Notes under the pieces: model-generated
Seen by the model: only the letters and a program-made list of their open reading frames with translations
The model's database searches: none
Told to the model about the DNA's origin: nothing
Program-made: the position numbers and the translations under genes
Shown here: piece by piece, positions 1 through 13,044 of the stretch
How positions within the stretch are numbered: the stretch's first letter is position 1
Layout: each line of letters starts with the position of its first letter
NCBI GenBank assembly: GCA_012295275.1
Contig: CM022679.1
Coordinates: 310,001 to 374,000, forward strand
Reading direction: 5' to 3'
DNA length: 64,000 bases
Source: Chrysomallon squamiferum
Taxonomy: Eukaryota; Animalia; Mollusca

Positions 1-333
1 TTTGTTATGAGAAGCAGGCGCCACCTTCCGATTATCATTTCGATAGGCTGTCAAAATTTTGAAAAGACTAACAAGAAACATAATGATAAACACAAGTCCA
101 CTTGCGAGGAGAATGGCGCCGATTAAAATCAAGTCCTGAATTTGTTTTTCTTTTTCACTGAAAATAATTATTAAAGCAAGTCCTCCACTAAACAAGAGCA
201 TAGCGACGACAGCAAGGAAGAAACTGTTCCAGGAGGCTGTCGCCGTTACATCAGATACCAACTTGTTGCTGTGTAGTCGGCTGGACAGGTAATGGCGCGC
301 TGCTGTTGTTCGAGGTTTCTTGTTTTCTGGCAT
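1..333 (-). CDS. Uncharacterised two-transmembrane protein, N-terminal part; the ORF runs off the left edge
   Basis: ATG at 333 (minus) opens 111 codons with no stop: MPENKKPRTTAARHYLSSRLHSNKLVSDVTATASWNSFFLAVVAMLLFSGGLALIIIFSEKEKQIQDLILIGAILLASGLVFIIMFLVSLFKILTAYRNDNRKVAPASHNK. Two hydrophobic helices flank a short charged loop. It is missing from the ORF track because it has no stop. Confidence 0.7.
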   Translation of the reverse strand, partial: MPENKKPRTTAARHYLSSRLHSNKLVSDVTATASWNSFFLAVVAMLLFSGGLALIIIFSEKEKQIQDLILIGAILLASGLVFIIMFLVSLFKILTAYRNDNRKVAPASHNK

Positions 334-731
334 CGTCAGAACTCCTAGTGACGGGTAGCTGTTACTAAAGACGCCATTGATACACACCAGACACGTTCAT
401 ACTAGTCACTTCCCATACACGACCGCAAAGAAGAGATAACATCAGTCAAAATAAGGCCACAACATTACTAACAGTCTAATTTCTCACTCCGAGCTTTAAA
501 CAAGTACACAGTGTAATAGCAATAGGTTCTTTTTAGTAGTCATAAAAAAAAAAAGACTCAACAGTACACAGCACAAACTGGTGTTGTGTGATTATCTGTT
601 CAAAACCAATCAGTCGATAGCGTGTGCTGTTATTTATAGAACTGTAGAGCGAAGTAAATTTAGCAATTCAACAGAACTGAATCGTACTCCAAATTCCATT
701 GTTAATAAAATAATTAGTATCTATGACCAAT

Positions 732-852
<121 letters not shown>

Positions 853-1906
853 ATTATATTTTTATATTTAATAAATACTGCTCACATCTCTGACGAGACA
901 TTCACACAGATAAGTTAAATATAGATCTCTGTTGTGCTGTAGCCACTGACAACAAGGTAAGCAGAATGAACACAGGTAACATACCTGAAATCACGTGACC
1001 AGTCGATACAACTCAGAACTGACGTTTTATCAACAGCTATTTAAATCAGCTCTCTTAGACACCTGATTTATAGTGTAATCAGGCTAAGCTGGCTGTGTAT
1101 ACACCACAGTGTGAAAGTTTCATAACAATACAACAGGTCAACACAGTGTGTATTTAACTAACTGAACAGCCATCCCGTATATATAAATGTATGAATAAAT
1201 GTATATACATATGTGTGTATGTGTGTATGTATGTGTGTGTGTACGTGTGTGCTACGTGTACATGTATGTACATTTATGCATACAAGAACATGTTGAGTGT
1301 TTTATATTTATGTGTTTTTATATATAATTATGTTGCATGTATGGTCTGTACAACAAAAATGTCTGAGAGAATAATTATGTGCATTCTGCGAGATATTTCA
1401 CACAAGAAAGGTAACTCTGTTAGGAGTGTGGTCAAAACGTTCATATAAGTAGCAATTAAAAAAATAGTTAAGTGTTAGCTTTTAAGTGGCTTTCTTCTTT
1501 AGTAATGTACTAGAGCACACACATGTACACACACTCATATACACAAACACACACAGACAGAGAAAAATTCTGGCTTGATTGAGGATAAAGCATAAGAAAT
1601 CTGTCGATACTTTCCTGAGGGCAATTAGCCTTGCCTCAAATCAATATGCTTGCAGCGGACCACCATTATCTGGCGTGACATATCTATTACAGACGTACTG
1701 TCGAGCAAGCGATAATGTCGTATTGAGTTTGACCTCAGAGTAACGTTGTAATAGGTTTAACTGCACGTCGTTTATGATTGGCTTTCAGTGAGCCTATATG
1801 CACTGACGTTTTTTATCTGGCGACTATACTTAATTTAGAGTGAAAAAAACTTCTACAGTGAAACTAGAAACAAAAAAAACAAAAATAATAATAATAATAA
1901 TAATAA

Positions 1907-1939
<33 letters not shown>

Positions 1940-2404
1940 TAGTAGTAATACTAATAATATAATAGTAGTTGTAGTAGTAATAATTAATAATCAGAATGAC
2001 AGTGCATAAAATAACTTGACATACATATATTTACTTACAGCATGACATACATACATTTATTTACAACATAACAAACACACATTTACTTACAAAATAACAT
2101 ACATTCACTTACAACATAACATATATACATTTACATACAATGTAACACACATACATTTACTTACAACATAATATACATTTACTCACATCGTGACATACAC
2201 ATTAGTATTTTATATAACTGAATAAATTGTCTGTAACTGATAACTGAAAACAACGAACTGTTTAAATAAAAACAAAACAAAGATTCATTATTAAATATGT
2301 ATTTGTGAACTCTTAGACAATCAAATCTATAAATAGATGAAATTTATTTACTACTTGTTGTTATTTACAAAAAAAATGAAGTTTTAATGATAATGCATTA
2401 ATTT

Positions 2405-2412
<8 letters not shown>

Positions 2413-2490
<78 letters not shown>
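2413..2490. repeat. Compound microsatellite (CT)n(CA)n
   Basis: Directly visible. Confidence 0.95.
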
Positions 2491-2492
<2 letters not shown>

Positions 2493-2994
2493 CACACACG
2501 TGGATGAAATAAATATATTTTATTATTCAATGTCTATAAATATCAGAACCCTTGGAAGGCACAAAATTAATCACGTGAAAATATAAATAAATACAAATTT
2601 ATTTGTGCAAATCGTACTGAGTAATTGTTCAGTTGTTCATAAAATATAAAATTTTATGAGATTACCAAGAATTGTAAAACACTTGATGTGTGTGAAATAT
2701 TTTATGAGATAATCAAGTATTGTAAAACACATGATTTGTGCAGGACATAAATAAAATTATAAAATATTTGCCATACCAACATAGTAGAATGATTTCAGTT
2801 AAATTATGTAGTCACTATATACATTCACGTTTTTGTCTGTCGCGTGACAGTCTCTGTAACAACACTTTGTTCGTAGCACCATATAGTACTTTTTTTCATT
2901 TTTGAATATAAAATATATAGTAAATATAAAGTAAATCTAGATTATAACAGCATCATCAATTCCAGAATAAAACGTTTAGATAATCTCATGTAAA

Positions 2995-3320
2995 TTCAGA
3001 CATTACAAACACGCTTTGTTCAACTTTAGACATTACAAACACCTTTTGTTTTATTGCAGATGTTAGAAACACTTTTAGTTTTACTGTAGACGTTAGAAAC
3101 ACTTTTAGTTTTACTGTAGACGTTTCAAACCTTTAGCTTAACTGTCGACGTTTCAAACAGTTCTTGTTTTATTGTAGACGTTACACTTTTTGTTTTATTG
3201 TAGATATTACAAACAACTGTTTAAGTGTAGACGTTATAAACGTTTTTTTTTAACTGTTTACGATGTAGACACTTTTTAACTGTAGACATTACAAAGTCTT
3301 TTTGTTTTACTATAGACTTT
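2995..3320. repeat. Degenerate ~30-bp minisatellite (tagacattacaaacac...ttttactg) in the probable 3'UTR of the coiled-coil gene
   Basis: About 10 diverged copies of the tagacrttwcaaac core. Confidence 0.75.
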
Positions 3321-3475
3321 ACATGCAAATGAAGTGACATATTTATAGACATTTTTGATGTTTACATTCCTTTTCACTGTCATCTTATTTAACGTGGTCA
3401 TATATATGTTGCTGTGTCTACTGTTGTCATGTAAACTGTTGTTATATCTACTGTTATGATTACCGATTTCTCTGG

Positions 3476-6190
3476 CTACCTTCTGTCTTTAATAAGTTTC
3501 ATTTTCTGTTTGTAGATTTGATAGTAACTAGGACGAATTGTTGTCTGCAAACTTTCGTCTGTGATGGAGGGTAGACTGGGGGTGGGTTTAGGACTATCCA
3601 CTGGCACCGATTGTCGTATGTCTTCGTAGCTGGCTGCTTTGTCATCCCTCAGTCTGGCCTGCTGCAGTTTTTTTCTCTTCACTGGCAGACTGTGGGGAGA
3701 CTTGCCTTTCAGCAGACCAGCCGTTGGAGACGTCGTTACTAGAACTACGGGGTTGTTGTCACGCACATCCAGTGCGCCGCTGACCCATCCCTGCAGTTGT
3801 TTCACTTTTATCTCAGAATCTTTCTGCTTCCGTTCGAGCGACTCGAGCCTCGATGTGAGGACGTTTTTCTCCGTCTTTCTGTTTGTCACTTCGATGTTTC
3901 TCTCCACCAGCATCTGTCGAAGTCTGCGGTTATCATCCAGCAGATTTTTGTTGCTCTCTTCTAGCTCAGCAGCTTGGCTCACCTTCACCTCCATATCTTT
4001 CTTTTCTCGCTGCAGTTCTCGCATTTTCTCGTTCTGAGACTCAACTTTCATGTTGATTTCAAAGAGCTGAGTTTCCAGTTTAGAAATTTCATTTTGTTTG
4101 TCTTTCAGTTCTGTTTTCAGTTGTTCACTGGCTTCACATTCCTTCTGCGCCAGCTGTTTTAGATGTTTAGTTTCAGACTGATTTGCCGTGATTGCCAGTT
4201 CCAGCTCCTTTTTCAAAGCATCTATTTCACTTTTAGCATCAGACTTCTCACGTTTTAGTTTTTTGTTAATTTCTGTTCGTTTCGCTAAATCCTCGCTTAA
4301 CGTTTTAATTTTCACTTTGAGTTCTTCAGTGTTGATCTTCACCTTCTTCAACTCTTCGTTCTCTCGCCTCAGTTTTTCTATTTCACTTTTCAGTGATTGT
4401 ATTTGTTGCTGCAAATCAGCAACAGACGTCTTCTTCTTGTTTAACGTCTCTTTTACAATTTTAATTTCTTTTTCTTTTTCAGCTAACAGCTCTTTATGCG
4501 CGTCAGTCTGTTCAGTGAGTTGTTTCTCTCTCATATTCAGTTCCTTTTCTTTCTCCGATATTTCTCTGTCTTTGTCTAAGACTTTCTTTTCAACTACACT
4601 TTTCTCTTTCTCTAGTGTGACATTTTTGTTTCTCAACTCTTCAATCTCTCTGACTATTTTCTCGTTATTTGATCGAACCAATGCTAACTCTTCTTCCACT
4701 TTACTCAACACTTCTCTCAATCCCTTGTCCGTTTGTACCGTTGTCTGTAACTCGCGATTTTCCTCACTCGTTTTATCCAAACAAGAACCAAGACTTTTGT
4801 TTTCAGCTTTCAAAGAATTCACTCTTAATTCCAATTCTTCATTTGCAGATTTCAAAATTTTAAAATCATTTTCTATTTTAATTTTTTCTATCGCTAATTG
4901 TTTTTCCTTAGCTGCACTCACTGATTCAAGTTCTTTCAACTTTGTCAAGATTTTTTCGTTTTGCTTTTCAAGCAATGAGATCTTTGATTGGTAATTATCA
5001 TTAGTTGATTTAAGTTGCTGATTTTCAGTCCAGACATTTTGGTTTTCATTTTCCAATTTTTGGTTTCTCTCCAGTAAGTCTCTGTTCTCACCAGTCTTGA
5101 TTTGCTGAGCAGATGAGAAATCTGTTGATTTTTCTCTCAAAATTCTGTTCTCGTCAGACAGCTCTTCAATGTTTTTGACAAAACCTTTCAGCTCCTCTTC
5201 TAGTTGTCGAATTCTCTTTTTGTAGGCGTTCTCGGCTCGGAGCAAACCATCTCGTTCTAAGCGAACATTTTCAAACGTTTCCATTCTGTTTGTTTGTTTA
5301 TGTACTGTTTTGTTCGTGTTACTGACTTTAACTTGGGCAGTTTTGTTTTCACTGGAAGGAGATTCTTTTATACTTTGACTAACAGACATTCTGTCCGGAT
5401 GTCCTGAATCTAGCGTCCGTCTGGAAAATGTTTGGCTTTTAAACGACGGCACGACAACGTCAGATTTATTGTCACTGTTTTGTTTTTCTGCCTGACGAGA
5501 AGGTAGTGAGATTTCTTCATAACGTGATGGCGTGGGTGACACGTGACCTCGTTTATAACTGTTTTTAGAATCAGAATTATTTTTATCACCAGTGTAATCT
5601 ACAACTATTCGAGGTTTGCTTGACTCTTTTTCTTTCTCAATCTTCCTGGCGAGAGAAGGAGAGAGTGTTGACATGAAATGACTTCTGGGAGGAGGACTGG
5701 TCTGTACATTGTGTTCATTCAGGACTGGCACCGTGTCGATGTATGACGCTGTATGGGACGCAGTGCTTGACGTAGAGTTTGTCGCCATTCGCGACTCCAC
5801 GGTTTTAGTGTCAGCTATTTTGTCCTCATTTCGAATTCGTTTTCTACTCGGACTAGGAGATCGTTTTCTCTTACTTTCCTCTGACTTGAGTTTGTTCGAC
5901 ATTGACTTTGACAGTTTTGGTACATCATCATCGTCACCATTTTGTTTCCTTTCGTCTGCTCTAGTTAATAAGCTTGTGTTGCGTGTTCTTCTCGGCGAGG
6001 CTCCGTGGATTCTGTGTTTAGGACTGGATGACCCGTCTACGACTGGGAACTCGATGTCCCCTCTCCGGATACTGGCCCCACACACAGAGTCTGCAGGGGC
6101 GGTGTCAAACGTCGCTTGTCGCACATGGTTACCGGACATTCTAATTCGTTCTGTACATCTTTCTTCTAATTCATCTAAAAGAGATTTCAT
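3476..6190 (-). CDS. Single-exon 904-aa protein: Ser/Arg-rich disordered N-terminus, long coiled coil (~aa 300-800), low-complexity C-tail
   Basis: Uninterrupted 2.7-kb ORF in a region where non-coding DNA is full of stops. Heptad-like E/K/L-rich composition. An in-frame TAA at 6200-6202 just upstream supports ATG 6190 as the start. Family not recognised. Confidence 0.88.
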   Translation of the reverse strand: MKSLLDELEERCTERIRMSGNHVRQATFDTAPADSVCGASIRRGDIEFPVVDGSSSPKHRIHGASPRRTRNTSLLTRADERKQNGDDDDVPKLSKSMSNKLKSEESKRKRSPSPSRKRIRNEDKIADTKTVESRMATNSTSSTASHTASYIDTVPVLNEHNVQTSPPPRSHFMSTLSPSLARKIEKEKESSKPRIVVDYTGDKNNSDSKNSYKRGHVSPTPSRYEEISLPSRQAEKQNSDNKSDVVVPSFKSQTFSRRTLDSGHPDRMSVSQSIKESPSSENKTAQVKVSNTNKTVHKQTNRMETFENVRLERDGLLRAENAYKKRIRQLEEELKGFVKNIEELSDENRILREKSTDFSSAQQIKTGENRDLLERNQKLENENQNVWTENQQLKSTNDNYQSKISLLEKQNEKILTKLKELESVSAAKEKQLAIEKIKIENDFKILKSANEELELRVNSLKAENKSLGSCLDKTSEENRELQTTVQTDKGLREVLSKVEEELALVRSNNEKIVREIEELRNKNVTLEKEKSVVEKKVLDKDREISEKEKELNMREKQLTEQTDAHKELLAEKEKEIKIVKETLNKKKTSVADLQQQIQSLKSEIEKLRRENEELKKVKINTEELKVKIKTLSEDLAKRTEINKKLKREKSDAKSEIDALKKELELAITANQSETKHLKQLAQKECEASEQLKTELKDKQNEISKLETQLFEINMKVESQNEKMRELQREKKDMEVKVSQAAELEESNKNLLDDNRRLRQMLVERNIEVTNRKTEKNVLTSRLESLERKQKDSEIKVKQLQGWVSGALDVRDNNPVVLVTTSPTAGLLKGKSPHSLPVKRKKLQQARLRDDKAASYEDIRQSVPVDSPKPTPSLPSITDESLQTTIRPSYYQIYKQKMKLIKDRR

Positions 6191-8689
6191 ATGAAAATGT
6201 TAGAGATATTTATGAGAAATAATAAGTGACTTGTTTTATAATTCGTCTGGAGAAAGCTCGGCTTGCTCGGCGTTTTTGATTTCGTAGATTAATTAACATC
6301 TATAATAGTTAGTTAAACTTACTGCATGAACGACTAGTTTAAAAATGAATAAAGGTAATGAATAAAGTGTGAAATAGTGACAGTAAAGGTCTATTACGTT
6401 ATTTTAAAGTTAAATAATTTTTTTATTAACTCAGTTTCACTGTCATTTAATTATAACTAACCTTGTTTACATACACTCACGTGTTATATATACATATACT
6501 TAAAGAAAATGTGAACAAAAATTTAAAAAATTAAAAACGTAATTCTAAAAAAATTAAGAATTATATGATTCATCTGCTTATTAAATATATTTACTCAAAC
6601 AGCATTAAGTAATAATTATATAATGTCAACACATTTATATTTTGTCAATATTATATTCTTCTTTTTCAAAACCACAAGAAAAAAAAAAAGAAAGACAAAT
6701 ATTTAAAAACAAAATTAAATTAAAAAAGCATAAAAAATAGAAGATAATAATAATAATAATAATACTAATACTACTACTACTAAATAAATAAATAAATAAA
6801 TTAATTAATAAATAACTATAAAGGAAAAGAAAATAAACCCTGTCAGTTATTAAAATAAAACTGAAAACAAAAATTACAAGTTTATTTGTCAACAACAACA
6901 ACAACAACAACATTATTATTATTATTATTACAACAATATTGTTATTATTATTATTATTACTGCAATACCTGCGTGATTTAAAAAGGTTTAGGACTCACGT
7001 ATAAACTGAAGTGATTCATTGCCGCTAATCGATGTTCTGAATTAAGTCGTCTTGATCTCAAATTAAATATTTAAATTACAGCACGCGCTCGTAATGTCCC
7101 GTCTCCCCCGGGATTTACCGTGTTTCATGAATGTGAAATAAAAACTGACTGAATGTACTCATTACACGTTACTTTAACGTCAAGTAGCTCTGTTGTATTC
7201 AACTCTAGTTTTCACTTGTATTCAACTGCACTATATTGTATGGCATGGTATTATATTGTACTGAACTATATTGTATTGTATTAGATTGTATTACCACGTA
7301 TTCTGCTGTATTCTCTCCTGTTGTACTGCACTTCATTATATTGTATTGTAGTGTATACTGCTATACTTTATTATATTGTATTATAATTATTAATTATAAT
7401 TTTGCTCTTTCGTGAACATTATAATCAGTAATATATTGTGTATAATTAATTAACTGATTTAAATGCAATTGTAATTAAGTAATTTAAAAAATAATACTAA
7501 ATAAATAATAATAATAAAAGAAATCAGCAGATACAAAACCTAGAATCAGAATAAACTAATTTTATTTAAAATCTACAAATAAAATAAAGATATAAATGAT
7601 AGCAAGTAAAAATAATCAAGTGAGTAATGTACTGTGTTGATATCAAGTGTTGTTATGTCTTCGAAGTAATCAGCTAAATTAAAATGATTTTTATTTATCT
7701 TATCCATTTACAGAATAAATCAGAAACTGATGGCTATATAGCAAGAAAATTACGGATATTATTTTGTTTTAAATATTCTTAAAGTACAATAATCTAAAGT
7801 TTCACATAAGAAAAGATAATTTTGTTAATAATAAAACAGTTATATACCGTACACTCACCTCAGCTCATTACAATAAAATACATTCACTTCAAGTATATCA
7901 GTGTTTCAGTCTATCCAAACTGGGAGAAGCTGTAAAGACGGACTGTGTGACTAAAAACTCCCTTGGAAACGGGAGAGGGTGGCGTACAATGTTAACAAAC
8001 ATTTTCTTTGTTAATCGTACATATGTTCTTTTTATCGCCTGATAAAGAAAAATCATCGACCCCACAACACACAGGTCACGCCAAATTACAAGCTGATTGT
8101 GTCTTATTACCCCTGTTTCTCAATGTCGTTTTCACTGCACGCATAACATTCATGTAGCTAATGTCATAAAGCATATTTTAATAAAAACTAGATCTGTTTA
8201 GTTGTATCAGTTTAACAAGTCTACCGTGTAGTCCGTGGGAACACTGTCATAAAACAACAATATAGAAACTCGTCCAAGCATATAATGTTTAGAAATGTGT
8301 ACATCATAGAAATTTAAGTGAGGTTACCACAGTTGTGGTAGTATTTGTATGTTTACATAAGCAATACAAACTGAACACACACACTGGCAATGTTTGTATA
8401 TTTTACACGAACACAGTCTAGATGTACCACGAATTTTGTATCTTTACACAGAAAATTTAAACAAACTTATTTAGGATTTGTATGTTTACCTGGATAACAA
8501 ATTAAATAGATACCTAAAAGAATATATTTACGTGTTAATATATACAATACAAATCAAGAATATTACTCTGTTTATATATTTATGTAGACAATACAAACCA
8601 AACACTAAATATTCAAGCACTGCCCGAACGGAGGTTTATATACGACTTGTAGACTATTATGATAACTGACAGTATCAGTTGTAAATTAT

Positions 8690-9520
8690 ATATAACTTTT
8701 AGACTATTGACACAATCACTTGATAAGGTGACAATATCAAGTACTAACTGTCTTGTAAGCTGTTGTAACAATCACTTTATAACGTGACAGTATCAAGTAT
8801 TATGTCTTGTAAGCTGTTGTAACAATCACTTGATAACGTGAGAGTATCAAGTACTAACTCTGTTGTTTTTTGTAACGCTAACTTGATAAAGTGACAGTAT
8901 CCAGTACTAACTCTGTGTCTTGTAACCTTGTAACAATCACTTGATAACGTGACAGTATCAAGTTCTCTGTGTTGTGTAACAATAACGTGACAGTATCAAG
9001 TACTAACTTTCTTGTAACGATCACTTGATAACGTGACAGTATCAAGTACTAATTTTCTTGTAACAATCACTTGATAATGTGACAGTATCAAGTTCTCCGT
9101 GTTGTGTAACAATCACTTAATAACGTGACAGTATCAAGTTTTAACCCTGTATTGTGTAACAATCACTTGATAACGTGACAATATCAAGTTCTAACTCTTT
9201 CTTGTAACAATCTCTTGATAACGGGACAGTATCAAGTAGTAACTGTGTCTTGTAACAATCACTTGATAACGGGACAGTATCAAGTACTAACTCTTTCTTG
9301 TAACAATCACTCGATAACGTGACAGTATCAAGTACTAACTTTCTTCTAACAATCACTTGATAACGTGACAGTATCAAGTAGTAACTGTGTCTTGTAACAA
9401 TCACTCGATAACGTGACAGTATCAAGTAGTAACTGTGTCTTGCAACAATCACTTGATAATGTGACAATATCAAATACTAACTGTGTCTTGTAGTAATCAC
9501 TTGATAATGTGACTGTGTCA
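8690..9520. repeat. ~45-50-bp minisatellite with internal hairpin (aacaatc-ACTTGATA-acgtgacag-TATCAAGT-actaact...)
   Basis: Roughly 17 tandem copies. Most carry the 8-bp inverted pair ACTTGATA/TATCAAGT around a 9-nt loop. Confidence 0.92.
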
Positions 9521-9983
9521 AAGCTAATTAGGTGTGATTTCCGTAAGAGTGGAGCGTGGATGACAGAAAATCAATACACGCTTAAATAGTAACTATAAAT
9601 GTAGCTGAGAACATATCTCTTTAATGGTAATAGTAACACAACAACAACAATAATAATGCACGTATAGAAAACATCTAGTAAACAAAATACACTAATAAAT
9701 TTAATAAAATAATAATAATAGAATTAATATTAAAATTAAAAAGATAATAAGATGTAGTAGTTTTTAGATAACTCTTTGCCATCTTTTCACCAATGACGTC
9801 TTCTATTATGACATTATGGTAATTAGCATTTTGTGTTACGTCATACTGCTGTCATAACGTGATGCATCATCACATAGTTACAAATGACATATATAGACAC
9901 AAAGTATTAACCTCGATCTGTCCTCGGGTAACAAATGAAAATATCTGCTGGTGGAATGTAACTCATATTTATGAAAAAGTGAT

Positions 9984-10069
9984 GTTGTCATGACAACTGC
10001 TTGTACGATTATCACTGACATTATTCTTGTCACGGTAATTTACTTTTATAGTTTGTTAACCATGGCAAC
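9984..10069. promoter_or_regulatory. Cluster of RFX X-box-like motifs
   Basis: GTTGTCATGACAAC (9984-9997, perfect palindrome fitting GTYNYY-AT-RRNAAC), TTGTCACGGTAAT (~10027) and GTTAACCATGGCAAC (10055-10069). Confidence 0.5.
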
Positions 10070-11194
10070 TGTGTTACTTCAGTAATTTTACCATTTCTTA
10101 TCAGAAAAATTCAAAACGATACTGCAAAATGTTCAGCTTTAAAAAACTCAACAAAAGAAAAGACGAAAAATAACGTGTGTATTATTATATGACATAACTG
10201 TTATATCACTGTACTGTGTGTTAAATATTATTATGTGACATAAGTGATACAACCTCTGTATTGCACGCTAATTATTATACATTATTGTTATATACCACCG
10301 TATTGTATATTAAATATTATGTGATATAATTGTTATATATTATTATATTGTATAATTAATATATAACTGACATAACTGCTATATATCACTGTATCGTCTA
10401 TTAAATATTATTATATGAATAATTATTACATATTATTGTATTGTATATTAAATATTATTATATGACATAATTATTATATATTACTGTATTGTATATTAAA
10501 TATTGTTTGTTACGTGGTAGATACTGAAAGAACAATTTGATATACATTTTATATTGTAATCTCTGCTGTCGATATTACAAGTTGTTACACTGTTATGTGT
10601 TACTTACCATGTTTGTGTATGACACAAGCTGTGAAAACCAGTCTAAAACTGCACACTTAATTCCAGTGTGAGAATTCTCCAGTGCACACACTTCAAAGCG
10701 TTCATACTTCTCCAGAAAACGTTTTATTGCAAGTTATCGCTTCTTCATGAAAAGCGTGCATGCGTGTAGTAGTCCGTGCGCCTTCTCGACTGCCATTTGA
10801 AACGATCAAAGCCCATTAATACTGGCATTTCTGTAGTTTCTTTTTTTCTTAGCCACGTTTGTTATCGATACAACAACGATAGTTGGCCAAGTGAATTGAC
10901 AAAAAACAAATCGGATTAAGTGTGACACAGCTTTGCTTGGTAATCTCTGTCAGAACTTGACCTCTTACACCACACAGTCTGCATTCTGTAATTAATGCAT
11001 TATTATCAGCTTTCTTTTCTTTCTTTCTTTTCGTTTTTTCTGTGTTACTCTTCTAAATGGGTTTTTAGTTTCTTTCATAATATATTTTTATTTTTTTTTT
11101 TTTATTGTAATAGCCGTTGTAGCTCAGCAACCAGTGACATAACAGACACCGGTTCAACCTTCCTTAGTGGATTTATTGGATTATTTCCCGGCCC

Positions 11195-11390
11195 TACTAC
11201 TACTACCACCACTGCTACTCCTATACTACTGCTGCTAGTACTGTTACGACTACTCCTAGTACTAGTACTACTACAACTACTACTATTACCACTACTACTA
11301 CTACTATTACTACTATTACTACTAGTACTACTACTACTATTACCACTACTCCTACTACTACTATTATCACTACTCCTACTACTACTTCTA
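11195..11390. repeat. (CTA)n-type trinucleotide low-complexity tract
   Basis: Directly visible; it explains the poly-Leu/Ser/Val ORFs. Confidence 0.9.
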
Positions 11391-11921
11391 CCAAAAATAA
11401 ATGACAATAAAATACCAATAATAATAAAATCAGTACACAAAACTATACATTATTTTACACAAAACAACACATTAAACTGAAAATTCTAAAAGAAAGAACA
11501 AAAAGCCAAAGATGTTGTACAACATTTTATTAATAGGCAAGATATGATCTTTAATAAGACACAGTTCTATGAAGAAAAGAGTATAAAACTGTTTACAGCA
11601 GAACATATCAATATATTGCACATAAATACTGTAATGAAAATATTTACACGAAAGCTGTCTAGGTGTTTAGTTAGTTCAAATTTGATTGAAGGCACATGAT
11701 ACATTGACAGCAAAGTCCACTTTGTGTTTATCATAACAAACACAACAAAAATATAAATGAAACTTTTCAAAACAGCTTCAGGTACAAAAAAAATAAATAA
11801 ACAGATGAATGAAACCATGGTATTAAAATGTTACTATAGTAACAAGAATAGAAAAAAAAAAACTTGAGAGAATGAAATACAAAAAATATTGTTAGGAACA
11901 GAGGCAAGAACAGCATTTAAC

Positions 11922-12345
11922 AAAATCTAGAATTTATCTCAACATTTTATTTTATAAATCTAGAATTTATAAAATAAGATTTTATTATTTAAATCTAGAA
12001 TTTATAAAATAAGATTTTATTATTTAAATCTAGAATTTATCTCAACATTTTATTTTATAAATCTAGAATTTATATCACAAGATTTTATTATTTAAATCTA
12101 GAATTTGTATCACAAGATTTTATTATTTAAATCTAGAATTTATCTCATTATTTTATTTTATAAATCTAGAATTATATCAAGATTTTATTATTTATATCTA
12201 GAATTTATCTAAACATTTTATTTTGTAAATCTAGAATTTACATCACAAGATTTTATTTTTTAAATCTAGAATTTATCTTACATTTTATTATATAAATATA
12301 GAATTTATATCACAAGATTTTATTTTTTAAATCTAGAATTTATTT
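11922..12345. repeat. AT-rich ~34-bp minisatellite (aaatctagaatttat...attttattttat)
   Basis: About 12 copies of aaatctagaattta. Confidence 0.9.
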
Positions 12346-13044
12346 TTTAGTTTAGAAGTTGTCAGCTTCCTGTCAGCCTGAACATATAATATTTAAATAA
12401 AAATATATGTCGGTAGTTTAAAAATACAAATCTATTACTGTTGTCAATTTGTTGCTGTTCTCAATCTCAGTGTTGTTTATCAAATTATTGTATTTAATAT
12501 CTCAGTAACATAACATATTATTGTTTTTATGCTTACAATTGTTGAATTTAAAATTAAAATATGCTCAATTAAATGAACAAGTGATATTTCTTATTTATTT
12601 GGATTTTAACTCCTCTCTTTCTTCTCATTCTGATATAATTTTGTTTTTAAAATGCCATAGCAATTGTAATAATTTTTTTTTTTTTTTTAATGTTTAAAAA
12701 GGCAAAAATATTTCATTATAAAAGTTAAAAAATAAAAGTATTTGGTTTTGTTAGCTGACAGTATTGTATCATAGATATTAATCTTATCAAGCATCTTTCT
12801 ATTTTACCATTACAAATTTTATCTTCGTTTTAACATAGTACTAATATGTAAAATTCTTATATCCAAAATAATTTCACAACATTCTGCCATGTTTATTTTG
12901 ACATTGTTCATGTAATTCAACTATTTTTATACTGAAAGTAATTAAATATATAATTAATATTTAACAAAGTTAACATTTTTATAATTAATTATGTACAAAT
13001 CAAATTTACAGTTGGACAATGGAAGAAAGGTTGTAGCTGTTGTT

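Noticed and set aside
3639-6194. Plus-strand ORFs of 132, 268 and 161 aa
   Set aside because: Antisense shadows of the E/K-rich coiled-coil CDS (Ser/Phe/Leu-rich, no motifs).
8690-9520. CRISPR-like look: hairpin-containing direct repeats with variable linkers
   Set aside because: Linkers are short and related to each other rather than unique spacers, there are no cas genes, and the context is eukaryotic.
10995-11480. Poly-Leu, poly-Ser and poly-Val ORFs
   Set aside because: Translations of a (CTA)n tract.
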